Positions 8,073-17,164 of a stretch of 64,000 nt of DNA are shown here, piece after piece; position 1 is the first letter of the stretch, and each line of letters opens with the position of its first letter. The notes under the pieces are model-generated. The model was not told the origin of the DNA. It saw only the letters and a list, made by a program, of their open reading frames with translations, and made no database searches. Source of the DNA: Verrucomicrobiota bacterium (GTDB lineage: Bacteria > Verrucomicrobiota > Kiritimatiellia > CAIQIC01). The stretch is from contig SCQF01000014.1 in NCBI GenBank assembly GCA_004321905.1, positions 567-64,566 of the forward strand, given 5' to 3'. A program made the translations under genes and the position numbers.

Positions 8073-9305
8073 ATGTCCACCACAGAACAGCAGGCGCTGA
8101 ACGAACTGGCCAAACTCGCCCAACAATCCGGGTTGCAAGTAAGCGGCGGCAAGATTCGCCGGACATCGTCGCGGTTTTGCCTCGGCGTGGAACACGGCGA
8201 CTATAACGGCACCGCGTTGTTCGGCGTCGGCACCGACCGCTTCATCTGGATGGCCTATAAGCCCAACGGCACCGACCGCGTCCGCCTGCTCAGCGGTAAT
8301 TTCCCCCACGATGGCCTTGTTGAATTCACACTCGGTACGGTGCCGTCGCCGAAGTCCGCGGCGATTGCGGATACGTGGGCGCGCTTTCCGTTCGGCGTGG
8401 ACTTCATCCTGCGTCGCGCGGGTTTCAAGCTGGAGCAGGGTTTCGACGCCGTACTGTGGGGCAACATCCCCGGCGGCGGCATGTCGCGCTCCGCCTCGCT
8501 GGCGATCAACCTGCTGCTGACATTTTTCGAGGTCAACGGCCTTGCCCCGCGCAACGAAATGGATGTGGTTGACCTCGCGCAGGCCGTCGAGAACGATTAC
8601 ATCGGCTCGCCGTGCGGCAAGTTGGATCAGATCATGATCTACTTTGCCAAAGACGGCATGGGCACCTACTACGATCCGAAAAACCGCAAGATCAGCTATG
8701 TACCGCTCGGCCAAGGTGCGCTTGATTTTCGCATCGTCAGTCTCGATACCGGCACGGTGCGGCCCGGTCTCGAAAAATCCACCTACCGCGTGCGCCGCGC
8801 CGAGTGCGAGCAACTCGCCGCGCTCGCCAAGCCCGACTTCGGCATCACCTGCCTGGCCGACGTGAAAGACGCAGCGCTCTACCAGAAGATCATGGCGCAT
8901 TTTGGCCCGAAATATCCGAACCTTTGCGAGCGCTTGGACTACATCTTCCACGCCCAGCAGCGCTTCTACCAGATGATGGACGCGTGGAAACGTGGCGATA
9001 TTGAAACCGTGGGCCGCATCTTCCGCCAAGACGGCGTTGGCCTGCGCGACGACTACAAAATTTCCGGCCCCGAACTCGAAACCATGTGCGACATCGCGCG
9101 CGCCGTGCCCGGCGTGCTCGGCGAGCGCATGCTCGGCGGCGGCGATAAAGGCGCAAGTGGCGCGCTCGTTCGCGCCGAGGCTGTGAATGCACTCCAAGCC
9201 GCGGTGGATTCCGCCTATCCGCGCAGCCGCCCGGCTTACGCCGACAAGTACGCGATGCATGTCTGTCGCGTCGTCGAAGGCGTCAAAGTCCTACCGGGCT
9301 TGTGA
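8073..9305 (+). CDS. galK: galactokinase (GHMP kinase family)
   Basis: ORF trimmed to ATG 8073 because the upstream part reads through the tRNA and a repeat. Motifs GVEHGDYNG, PGGGMSRSASL and GGGDKGASGALV. Confidence 0.8.
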   Translation: MSTTEQQALNELAKLAQQSGLQVSGGKIRRTSSRFCLGVEHGDYNGTALFGVGTDRFIWMAYKPNGTDRVRLLSGNFPHDGLVEFTLGTVPSPKSAAIADTWARFPFGVDFILRRAGFKLEQGFDAVLWGNIPGGGMSRSASLAINLLLTFFEVNGLAPRNEMDVVDLAQAVENDYIGSPCGKLDQIMIYFAKDGMGTYYDPKNRKISYVPLGQGALDFRIVSLDTGTVRPGLEKSTYRVRRAECEQLAALAKPDFGITCLADVKDAALYQKIMAHFGPKYPNLCERLDYIFHAQQRFYQMMDAWKRGDIETVGRIFRQDGVGLRDDYKISGPELETMCDIARAVPGVLGERMLGGGDKGASGALVRAEAVNALQAAVDSAYPRSRPAYADKYAMHVCRVVEGVKVLPGL

Positions 9306-9331
9306 ACGATCCAACCGGTCGGTTCACTTTT
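9302..9331 (+). terminator. weak hairpin plus T-run after galK
   Basis: GTGAAC...GTTCAC stem (9302-9327) followed by TTTT, which merges into a solo dyad core. Confidence 0.3.
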
Positions 9332-9344
9332 CCAAGGTTTGGAA
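9330..9344. repeat. solo TTCCAA-N3-TTGGAA dyad core
   Basis: TTCCAAGGTTTGGAA. No partner at +/-32 bp. Confidence 0.8.
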
Positions 9345-9461
9345 ACGTCAGTGCAGTTCGATGCTCTGCGTGGCCTGCAGCGTCACCGGGCCGAGTAGGC
9401 CGGAGGGCAATCGGTCGTTTTTGAGATGCTTCTTTTCCGCCTGCAGCGAACCCCAGCCGTT

Positions 9462-12338
9462 CTAATGCTGTTTCCACGTCGCACCGTAACGGGCCTGCAA
9501 TTCTTGCGGAATCGGCGTGGGCTTGGTCAATCCGGCCGCGTAATTCCACAACAAGTTCGCCACCGTGATCTGGATTTTGTTCGTACCGGGCTTGAGCAAT
9601 TTGGTCACGTCCACTTGATAGGGCTGCATCCAAACTTTGCCGGCAGCCACGCCATTGATCCACACCTGGGCGACTTCGTGCACCTCGCCCAGATCAAGGA
9701 GCACGATCTTGTTTTCGGACGCGAGTTTGGCGGGCAACTCCACGTCGAGGGCGTATTGCGCAGTACCGGAAAAGTTCTTGAGTTCCGGCAGCGTGGTCCA
9801 GTCCACCAATTTCGGCAGCTCTAGCTGTTTCTGGATGCCGCCCAAGCCATTGAATTCCACCGCCCAAGTTCCCGTTACCGGAAGCAATGTTTCCGGGCGA
9901 AGCTCGCGCGCCGGTCGCAGGGTTTCATCCGGTTGCGCGGTGAGGAGCGTGAAGCAGGATTCCCACGGGTGCAAATCCACAGCCAGCGCGAGGCGTCCGT
10001 CCGCGGTCACGCGGGATTTCGCCGCGGCATGGATCTGCCCCGTCATTGGATTCCAGATTTGCGGATAGCGTTCCTTGGTGTTTAGAATGACTTCCGTCTG
10101 CACCGCGTTGGTTTGCAGATTGCAGACGAACCAAGTGTCTACGCTGCCGATGCGGGTATGACGGAAAGTCAGGCCGTCGCTCAACGGTTTGTCGGCGATC
10201 TCGAAATCCGGTGTCAATCGTTCACGCAGCGCGGCGATGAATTTCGCATAGGCCGGATTCAACGGCTCGGTGGCTGACCACTCAACCGATCCCGGCGACC
10301 ATTTCGTCAAATAATCAAACCCGTCGCAGTCGGGCAGAAAATAGGTCAGGCCCGCGCCGACTTCTTTCGCGCCGCTCTTGGTGTCAAACAGCGTCTCAAT
10401 CATCGCGGCCAGTTGCTGCTCGTGCTCGACATGTTGGAGCAGGCCGATGGCTTTCTGCGGCAGGGTGTTCAAGGCGAACACCGTTCCGCCGCCGCGCGCA
10501 AAGCGTTCGACAACGGCCAGCGTTTCCGGCGCCAGAAAACGGACGCGCGGCAGGATCAACACAGCATAGGCATAACCATTGATGACCAGTTTTCCATCGC
10601 GGACTTCGGCGTGGTGCTGGAGCAGGTCATCGTTCACGCAGTCAAAGTCGTAGCCGCTGGCGATGAGTATCTTTGGCAGTTTTCCAAACGGCACATCCCG
10701 CACGTTGCTGCAGGGAAATTCCGCCCGCTCCGACCACACGGTCGGCATCGGCGAATAGAGCAGCACACCCGCTTCCGCCCGGCCCTGCCGACTGAGGTAC
10801 GCCGCACGCGCCTGATAATCGGCCAGTCCGCGATACCACGGCCACCACGTATTCACGTGGCTGATGCGGTTCATCCAAATGAGATCGCGGGCAGGGGCGA
10901 GTTCCTTTTCCGGTGTGTAGAAATAGCCGTGGTTATAGAATTGCGTGATGCCGTCGCGTAAAAACAAATCCGTCCCTTGTTTGATCTGCTCCAGCGTGGT
11001 GCGGTATTTGGTATTGATGAACGTGAAGGCCTCGGCGGATACCCAACGTTTGTCCTTCGAGGGATACAGTTGTGCGCCGCTGGTCGTCAGTTTGTGCCAG
11101 AATATCGGGTCGAAACTACGCTTCGTGTTTTCCGTCTCCGGACGCTGGAAGCGGCCCGACGCCTCGATCAGCTCGGCGGTGAAACGGTAGTGCGATTGCT
11201 GCCGCATCTGTACGCCAATTTCAGCGCAATAATCCGTCAACACGTCAACGGCGGCCTCCATGCCTAGTAAGTGTTGAAAATGTCCGAAATCGTAACGCAC
11301 ATAAGGTGTTTCCGGTGCGCCGTCATATTTTAGCAACGGCAGATAAGGACGCAGGTCATAGCCCATCTCCTTCTGAAAGCGCTCGAATAGATTCGCGCTC
11401 CACAAAAAGTCTTCCTGTTTCAATTCGTAACTATCGCCGAAAAATGAATCCACGGTCTGGCCAAAGTGTTCTCCGAGCAGAGCGCGGTAGCGTTCGCCCG
11501 TAGTTTCCACATATTGCCGGACCGCTTTCTTGTCGAGGTGATCCACCACGGCGGAGGGCGGGTCGTAATCTTCGCAGGCGCACTTTTGCCCGGTAAACAC
11601 GGTCCAGAAGCTCATGATTTTCCAGCGGCCCACCGGCAGATCAGTGGTCACCTGATTTTGGGGCCGGGGTGAAAATTCTTTGGCCCCTTTGATGCCCGCG
11701 CTCAAATCCACCCGCTGACTGCAGTCCGGCTTGCCTTGGGCGTCCAGTTTCACCGCGACTACGGCCTCCAGCTTGCGCCCCTGCCGGACATAATCTGTCG
11801 GCGCCTTCACTTCACAATCCACCGCCTGACCACCCTTGAGTTCCTGCTCTGCCATCACCAGTACCTTGGAGCGGTTTTCTTCCTTCACCCAGGCATGGCC
11901 ATGATTCCAGCCCGGCCCGAGCGGCGGCGTCACTTCCAGCCCCAGTTCCTGCGCCTTGGTTACGGCGTAATGCACCATGTCGAAAAATTCCGGCGACCCG
12001 AACTCGATGTTCCCTTTCTCGTAAATCTTGAGAAAGCTCATGATCTCCACGCCGCCGAACCCTTTTTCCTTCATCTGCTCCAATTGCCAGGCAATCCCCT
12101 CCTTGGTGACCGCATTACCCGGCCACCACCAACGCGTATGCGGGCGATAGGTCGCCGGCGGATTGTCCCAGCCCGCTTTGAGCGCGGCGAGCGTCTCCGC
12201 CATCGTTTTGGCCTGATCCAGTTGTGCCGCGAGCGTCTCCGCGCGCTGGTGTTCCACATTGATGCACGGCGCCGCAACCACGGTCCCATACCCAAGCACT
12301 GCAAATACCGCCAACAGGCCGAGGATATTTTTTTTCAT
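9462..12338 (-). CDS. secreted glycoside hydrolase, GH106-like N-terminal region with C-terminal GH2-type sugar-binding jelly-roll
   Basis: 958 aa. Signal peptide MKKNILGLLAVFAVLGYGTVVAAP. RWWWPGNAVTKEGIAWQLEQMKEKGFGGVEI block. C-terminal WINGVAAGKVWMQPYQVDVTKLLKPGTNKIQITVANL. The family call is from memory of PF17132-type proteins. Confidence 0.55.
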   Translation of the reverse strand: MKKNILGLLAVFAVLGYGTVVAAPCINVEHQRAETLAAQLDQAKTMAETLAALKAGWDNPPATYRPHTRWWWPGNAVTKEGIAWQLEQMKEKGFGGVEIMSFLKIYEKGNIEFGSPEFFDMVHYAVTKAQELGLEVTPPLGPGWNHGHAWVKEENRSKVLVMAEQELKGGQAVDCEVKAPTDYVRQGRKLEAVVAVKLDAQGKPDCSQRVDLSAGIKGAKEFSPRPQNQVTTDLPVGRWKIMSFWTVFTGQKCACEDYDPPSAVVDHLDKKAVRQYVETTGERYRALLGEHFGQTVDSFFGDSYELKQEDFLWSANLFERFQKEMGYDLRPYLPLLKYDGAPETPYVRYDFGHFQHLLGMEAAVDVLTDYCAEIGVQMRQQSHYRFTAELIEASGRFQRPETENTKRSFDPIFWHKLTTSGAQLYPSKDKRWVSAEAFTFINTKYRTTLEQIKQGTDLFLRDGITQFYNHGYFYTPEKELAPARDLIWMNRISHVNTWWPWYRGLADYQARAAYLSRQGRAEAGVLLYSPMPTVWSERAEFPCSNVRDVPFGKLPKILIASGYDFDCVNDDLLQHHAEVRDGKLVINGYAYAVLILPRVRFLAPETLAVVERFARGGGTVFALNTLPQKAIGLLQHVEHEQQLAAMIETLFDTKSGAKEVGAGLTYFLPDCDGFDYLTKWSPGSVEWSATEPLNPAYAKFIAALRERLTPDFEIADKPLSDGLTFRHTRIGSVDTWFVCNLQTNAVQTEVILNTKERYPQIWNPMTGQIHAAAKSRVTADGRLALAVDLHPWESCFTLLTAQPDETLRPARELRPETLLPVTGTWAVEFNGLGGIQKQLELPKLVDWTTLPELKNFSGTAQYALDVELPAKLASENKIVLLDLGEVHEVAQVWINGVAAGKVWMQPYQVDVTKLLKPGTNKIQITVANLLWNYAAGLTKPTPIPQELQARYGATWKQH

Positions 12339-12403
12339 ATTTCCTTTTCAAGGCACTGCGATCAATACGACAACGGACACCACCGATGATTATTGCCGAA
12401 GTT

Positions 12404-12418
12404 TTCCAAGGCTTGGAA
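12404..12418. repeat. solo dyad core
   Basis: TTCCAAGGCTTGGAA, 3 nt after the stop of the 12422..15817 gene. Confidence 0.8.
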
Positions 12419-12421
12419 AAG

Positions 12422-15400
12422 TCACCGCACTTCGCTCGTTTGTGCCGCGCGCAGTACCACCGGGCCGGACAAACCGGACGGCAAGAGGTGCTCGCGGGGC
12501 GTACGTGGTGCCGAGGTCGTGAAGGTCGTGCGCTGTTTTTCCGGCAACGTTGCATCACCCGCCAGCCGGTTCCACCAGTTGTTCGTCACTTTGACTTGCA
12601 GCGTGTTCGCGCCGGGCTGGGCGGCGGCGGTGATGTCGAGCGCGTAGGGTGGCTTCCAAAGCACGCCCAAGTCGTGACCGTTGAGGCTGACTTCCGCCAG
12701 CATTTCCACGCGACCGAGGTCGAGCTGGAGCTGGTGGTCTGCGCGCAAAAAGTCGGCGGGCACGGTGAGCGTGGTTGTGTAGGTGGCGGTGCCGGAGAAG
12801 TGACGCACGGCCGCATCGGCGTGCTCGTTCCACAACACAAGTTGCGCGAGTTCAATTTTTTCCGGCGCGCCGGAACCGGCCGGGAAACGTAGTTGCCACG
12901 GGCCGGCGACGACGCGCGGCGCGGGCAGTTGCGTCGCGTTCAACGTCATCTGCTGGCCGCTGGAACTGGTCAGTTGATAGACGCCGGCTTGCGTCACGGT
13001 GGCCAGCAACCGGCCATCGGCGGCGCGCTCGACGCCGATCGGGCAGGCGCCGCTCAGCGGCTGATGGTCTTTTTGTACCGCCACGACGGCGGGCGCGGTG
13101 AGCGGTTTGCGGAACACGATGAAAGCCGAGCCGTGCGCGTCGAGTGCGACGGGTACGCGGGTTCGGTCGCCTTCGGGCGCGAACCAGGCCGTGTTTTCGA
13201 TGCGCCCGCTATCAGCCCGCCAGATTTCCGGCGTACGGCCGGCGACACGGAACGAAGCGTTCACGAGCACCGGTGCGCTTTTCTGATTCGAGACAAAGAA
13301 AATTTCGGCAGCGTCGCTGTGGCGCTGCGTCCAGAGAATTTCCTTGGGCACCATGACCGCCGGTGTCGCGCCGAGGCGCTGGAGCACGGCCGCCAAATCC
13401 GCGCCGTAGCAGACGCGGCCTTGACCCAGCGCGTGTTCGGTGACGCGCCGGCCATCGCAGTCACCCCAGAGTTCGGCGGCGAGCCGGCGCACTTCGGCGT
13501 CGCAGGTGGGATAGTTTTGCAAACTGGGTGAGCGTTTCGGCGGCGGGCCGAGGATCGTGGCGCCGGCTTCCACCAAGTCGCGGAGCTTGCGCAGCAGTTC
13601 GGGCCGCATCGTCTCCATCGGCGGCAACACCAACAGGCGATAGGCCGGGCCATTGGGCATCGCGAGCCGGCCATTTTTCACGCGCGCGCGGGTCAGCAAG
13701 CTTTCCGCGTTGATATAATCATAGTCATAACCGGGTGGCAGTTCCGGCTGGCGGGTGCCGGTCATTTTGGGCGCGTCTTCACCGATGAAGTAGGCGACAT
13801 CGGCCACGCTGTGCCCGTGTTGCAGCAAGAAGTGGCAGCGGCGTAGATAATCAACCCACGACTTCGCCTGCTCGAACCACGTGTTGTGCCGGTTGAACTC
13901 CGTGCCAAACCAGGCGTTCACGCCGGGTTTGCGATCTTCCCACGGTTGGTGGATATAAACATGCAGCACAAAGTGGTTGATGCCCTGGCAGTAGGCCCAG
14001 TCGCCCAGCGCTTTGATATCGGCGGGATAGTCGCGGAACGAGCGCGGCGAAGTGAAGGCTTCGGCGTGCACGACGCGTTTGCCGTAAAGATGTGCCGAAG
14101 AGGAAGCTGCGCGCAGTTCGATGCTGCCGAGATCAGGGACACCATCGGTACCGCGCATCCAAAATTCGCCGGCCACATCGTCGCTTTGTCCGCCGTATTG
14201 CAAAAATTCGGCCGGGTAGCCCCAGTGGCCATAATTCTCCAGCCAGAGCCGTAGCCCTTTTTCGTGGGCGGCATCGCGCAGGCCGCCCACGTAATCATAG
14301 GCAACGCGGTCGGCGACCAAGCGGCGCAGATCCCACAAAAAGCGATCCGATTGCTCCGCCGTGCCGACCATGCGGCCGGTGAGCACCGGTAGCCACGGGC
14401 GCGGATCATAGCCCATGGTCTTGCGGAATTGTTCGGTGAAGCCGTCTGTCCAATTTTGCGGACCGACTTCGTAGCTATCAATCACCACATGCTGCAATGC
14501 GGTGCGCTGCCCGGCGGGCATCCGCTCCGCCAGTTTGCCAACCATCGCGCGGAAATGTGCTGTGATGGCCGCGCGATTCATCTTGTCCACTTCCGGCCCA
14601 CGGCCTTCGTTGGTCGTCGGATGATTCACCGCGCCGGTCGGCGTCATGCCGGAGCGCAAAATAATCCACTCGCCCGCCGGCACGTCCCACGCGAGCGTGC
14701 CATCGGCCGCGAGTTTATCGCTCAAATTGATGATGTGTTCGGGTGTGATCGCCAGCGCAGGCTGGTCGGGCTCGGTGGCCGCCGGCCAGCGATAGCAGTC
14801 CCACGGCACGTTCGGCGTTGGATGCATTTTGCCGAGTTGCTTGTCAACATACCAATCCAACCGTGCCGCGCCCGCGAGATCAATTTCTGCCAAGCCACCT
14901 TTTCCTTGCAGACCGGTCAGCACCAGTCGAAATTTTCGCGCCGTCACCGGCGCGAAGGCGACCACGGCCGGCCCTTTGATCATCGGCCCAACGTTCACTT
15001 TGTGATCTGGCGCCGGGCCGCGCCGATCCAGCGAAAACTCACGAACGGCGTGGAACACACCATTTGTATCAGCCGCCTGCAACTCGCAATTCACGGCAAA
15101 CTCGCCATCGTGCGGATAGAGCGCAAGACTGCGCGTGGTGAACGGCTTTTCAGTTTCCAGGGTCACGCTGAGCGGCTTGGCGGCGCCGGCCGTACCCTTT
15201 GGAAATACGATACCGGTGTCGGGATTGCCGTCGCAGAGCAATTGCGCCGCAGCCACCGCCGGCGCACACTGCACGCGTGGCGCGAGCTTGGCGATGTGTT
15301 CGCTATCGGCGGCCGGCGCGGGAAAGGCGAGCACCGCAATATCTTGAAACGGCATCTTCGGCGTGGGCAACTTACCGGAAAAATGTTGCGGCCCGGTGAC

Positions 15401-15817
15401 GTGCGTTTCCGCCGAAACCACGTAGCGCATCGTCTGCGTCGCCGTGACCCACGGCCCGCCCGACTGGCTCCAGCCGGGGCTGTTGAACAGGCCGATCTTC
15501 ACCCCCAGCCGCGCGCCTTCGCGCACGGCATGTTCGGTGGCCTCCCACCATTGCGGAGTGAAAATGTGCACGTTGCCGGGCGGTGTGCTCTCGTCCACGA
15601 TGTTACCGATCAGCGCCTCGCCAATGCCGACGCGCGCCATCGCTTCGAGGTCGTGCGTGATGCCCGCTTTCGAGACGTTGTCGCTGATCCAGTACCAGTA
15701 GCACCAGGGCTTGGTTTCTTCCGGCGGATGGGTAAACCCGGCGGCCAAATCATCCGCCGCCTGTGCGGCCCTGCTCAACGCGAGAGCCGCTAACACGATC
15801 AGCATTATTTTTTTCAT
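12422..15817 (-). CDS. secreted glycoside hydrolase, GH106-like paralogue
   Basis: 1131 aa. Signal peptide. FTHPPEETKPWCYWYWISDNVSKAGITHDLEAMARVGIGE block. C-terminal SLNGHDLGVLWKPPYALDIT...VKVTNNWWNRL. Confidence 0.55.
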   Translation of the reverse strand: MKKIMLIVLAALALSRAAQAADDLAAGFTHPPEETKPWCYWYWISDNVSKAGITHDLEAMARVGIGEALIGNIVDESTPPGNVHIFTPQWWEATEHAVREGARLGVKIGLFNSPGWSQSGGPWVTATQTMRYVVSAETHVTGPQHFSGKLPTPKMPFQDIAVLAFPAPAADSEHIAKLAPRVQCAPAVAAAQLLCDGNPDTGIVFPKGTAGAAKPLSVTLETEKPFTTRSLALYPHDGEFAVNCELQAADTNGVFHAVREFSLDRRGPAPDHKVNVGPMIKGPAVVAFAPVTARKFRLVLTGLQGKGGLAEIDLAGAARLDWYVDKQLGKMHPTPNVPWDCYRWPAATEPDQPALAITPEHIINLSDKLAADGTLAWDVPAGEWIILRSGMTPTGAVNHPTTNEGRGPEVDKMNRAAITAHFRAMVGKLAERMPAGQRTALQHVVIDSYEVGPQNWTDGFTEQFRKTMGYDPRPWLPVLTGRMVGTAEQSDRFLWDLRRLVADRVAYDYVGGLRDAAHEKGLRLWLENYGHWGYPAEFLQYGGQSDDVAGEFWMRGTDGVPDLGSIELRAASSSAHLYGKRVVHAEAFTSPRSFRDYPADIKALGDWAYCQGINHFVLHVYIHQPWEDRKPGVNAWFGTEFNRHNTWFEQAKSWVDYLRRCHFLLQHGHSVADVAYFIGEDAPKMTGTRQPELPPGYDYDYINAESLLTRARVKNGRLAMPNGPAYRLLVLPPMETMRPELLRKLRDLVEAGATILGPPPKRSPSLQNYPTCDAEVRRLAAELWGDCDGRRVTEHALGQGRVCYGADLAAVLQRLGATPAVMVPKEILWTQRHSDAAEIFFVSNQKSAPVLVNASFRVAGRTPEIWRADSGRIENTAWFAPEGDRTRVPVALDAHGSAFIVFRKPLTAPAVVAVQKDHQPLSGACPIGVERAADGRLLATVTQAGVYQLTSSSGQQMTLNATQLPAPRVVAGPWQLRFPAGSGAPEKIELAQLVLWNEHADAAVRHFSGTATYTTTLTVPADFLRADHQLQLDLGRVEMLAEVSLNGHDLGVLWKPPYALDITAAAQPGANTLQVKVTNNWWNRLAGDATLPEKQRTTFTTSAPRTPREHLLPSGLSGPVVLRAAQTSEVR

Positions 15818-15836
15818 CGTGCTCCTTTACGGCATT

Positions 15837-15882
15837 TTCCAAGCCTTGGAAAGCGCAAAGCACGTTTTTCCAAAGCTGGGAA
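15837..15882. repeat. dyad doublet (second core degenerate)
   Basis: TTCCAAGCCTTGGAA-N16-TTCCAAAGCTGGGAA. Confidence 0.8.
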
Positions 15883-15911
15883 AGGTTAAAAACCAGCCAA
15901 CGCCGGCGCGC

Positions 15912-17099
15912 TCATTTATTTTCTTTTTGTAGCTTCACATTGGCTTGTTGAACGAGGTCAAGCATCCAAGCGCGTTGGTTGGTGAAGGTAATAGTGCAGT
16001 CGTGTTGATTGGCGAGATCGAAGACCCAGAACGCGGCCAGCGAGACGTGTTCCCGCGCGATGGCCTCGAGCATTTCAGCGAACATTACCCGATGCTGTTC
16101 GGCCGGGAGTTGATCCGTCGAAACCCCAAACTCACCGATGAACAGCGGTTTGTCCGCTTGCTGCGCATAATGTTGCGCCAGAGCCACGGCCGCCTGATAA
16201 TTTGTAGTGCCACCGCTGTAGCGGTGTTTTTGATTGGGATAGAGATGGATGCAAATAGTGTTGAAGGGGTCGGGGTTATCGCGCAGCAACATCTCGCCAA
16301 ACTGCGCAGCCGTATCGGCTTTCCAGGTTTTCTCATGCAGGTTGTGCCAGGCTGCGGGACGCGGGACAGCATTGCCTGTGGTTATAAAACGAGTGCGGTC
16401 AAAACGCCGTACTGTTTCTGTGAAAGCGGCAAAGGCAACGCCAACGGCTGAAAAGGTCAATTCATCGTGAGTGGTGCGATAGGCTGGTGTGCCCTGGCGC
16501 AGAGCGACCATCGGCCGGTGTTGGGCAGGATTGGGCAGATCGCACGCCAGATTGTATTCGTTACCGAATTCCCAGCCCCAAATCGCAGGTGAATCTTTGT
16601 AGCGCGTGACTACTTCCGCAGTGTAGCGTCGGATAAACGCGATGGTCTTGCTTTGCGGATTACCGAGTTCATTCACCGGTTCGCCCACGATATCTGGCAC
16701 CATCGCCAATTGCCAGAAGAGCGACGGGATCAGGCCGATGCCGTTGGTCTCCGCGCAGCGTACCACGCGGTCGAGCCGGGCAAAATATTCGGTGCGGTTG
16801 GTCAGATAGAGTTGCTGATCCACCGGCCAAAAACCGGTACACATGAAGCGTACGAACGGAATCCGGGCGCGTGCCAGCGCTGCCAGATTGGTCAGCGACG
16901 CAGTATCGTCGGGGTCTTTAATCAACCGCGAAAATAATGAAAAATAATTTGCGCCGATACCCCGATAGGGTTGACCGTCTTTCAACAGCACACCATGCTG
17001 CGCGGTCAGTCCCGGCGGCGTACGAATGGGCTGCAAAAGCTGGTAACCGCCAGCGGTCAGCAAAAACGTGCTCATGGCCAAGATAATTTTTTTCGTCAT
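15912..17099 (-). CDS. glycoside hydrolase family 5 (cellulase/mannanase-type)
   Basis: ORF trimmed to ATG 17099 (MTKKIILAMSTFLL signal-like start). GWEFGNEYN acid/base motif and FIGEFG nucleophile motif. Confidence 0.7.
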   Translation of the reverse strand: MTKKIILAMSTFLLTAGGYQLLQPIRTPPGLTAQHGVLLKDGQPYRGIGANYFSLFSRLIKDPDDTASLTNLAALARARIPFVRFMCTGFWPVDQQLYLTNRTEYFARLDRVVRCAETNGIGLIPSLFWQLAMVPDIVGEPVNELGNPQSKTIAFIRRYTAEVVTRYKDSPAIWGWEFGNEYNLACDLPNPAQHRPMVALRQGTPAYRTTHDELTFSAVGVAFAAFTETVRRFDRTRFITTGNAVPRPAAWHNLHEKTWKADTAAQFGEMLLRDNPDPFNTICIHLYPNQKHRYSGGTTNYQAAVALAQHYAQQADKPLFIGEFGVSTDQLPAEQHRVMFAEMLEAIAREHVSLAAFWVFDLANQHDCTITFTNQRAWMLDLVQQANVKLQKENK

Positions 17100-17110
17100 A
17101 TTTTGCCTTT

Positions 17111-17157
17111 TTCCAAGCCTTGAAAAACGAAACCTGTCATTTTTCCAAGGCTTGGAA
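17111..17157. repeat. dyad doublet
   Basis: TTCCAAGCCTTGAAA-N17-TTCCAAGGCTTGGAA. Confidence 0.85.
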
Positions 17158-17164
17158 AAGTTGT

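Noticed and set aside
8016-9260. Long antisense ORFs (414 aa here; also 14429..15793, 19106..20170, 20826..22415, 37440..39230, 43820..45175, 45325..46407, 55282..56631).
   Set aside because: They lie opposite or out of frame to genes with clear family motifs. They are Arg/Ala/Gly-rich with no recognisable motifs, which is typical of shadow ORFs in high-GC DNA.
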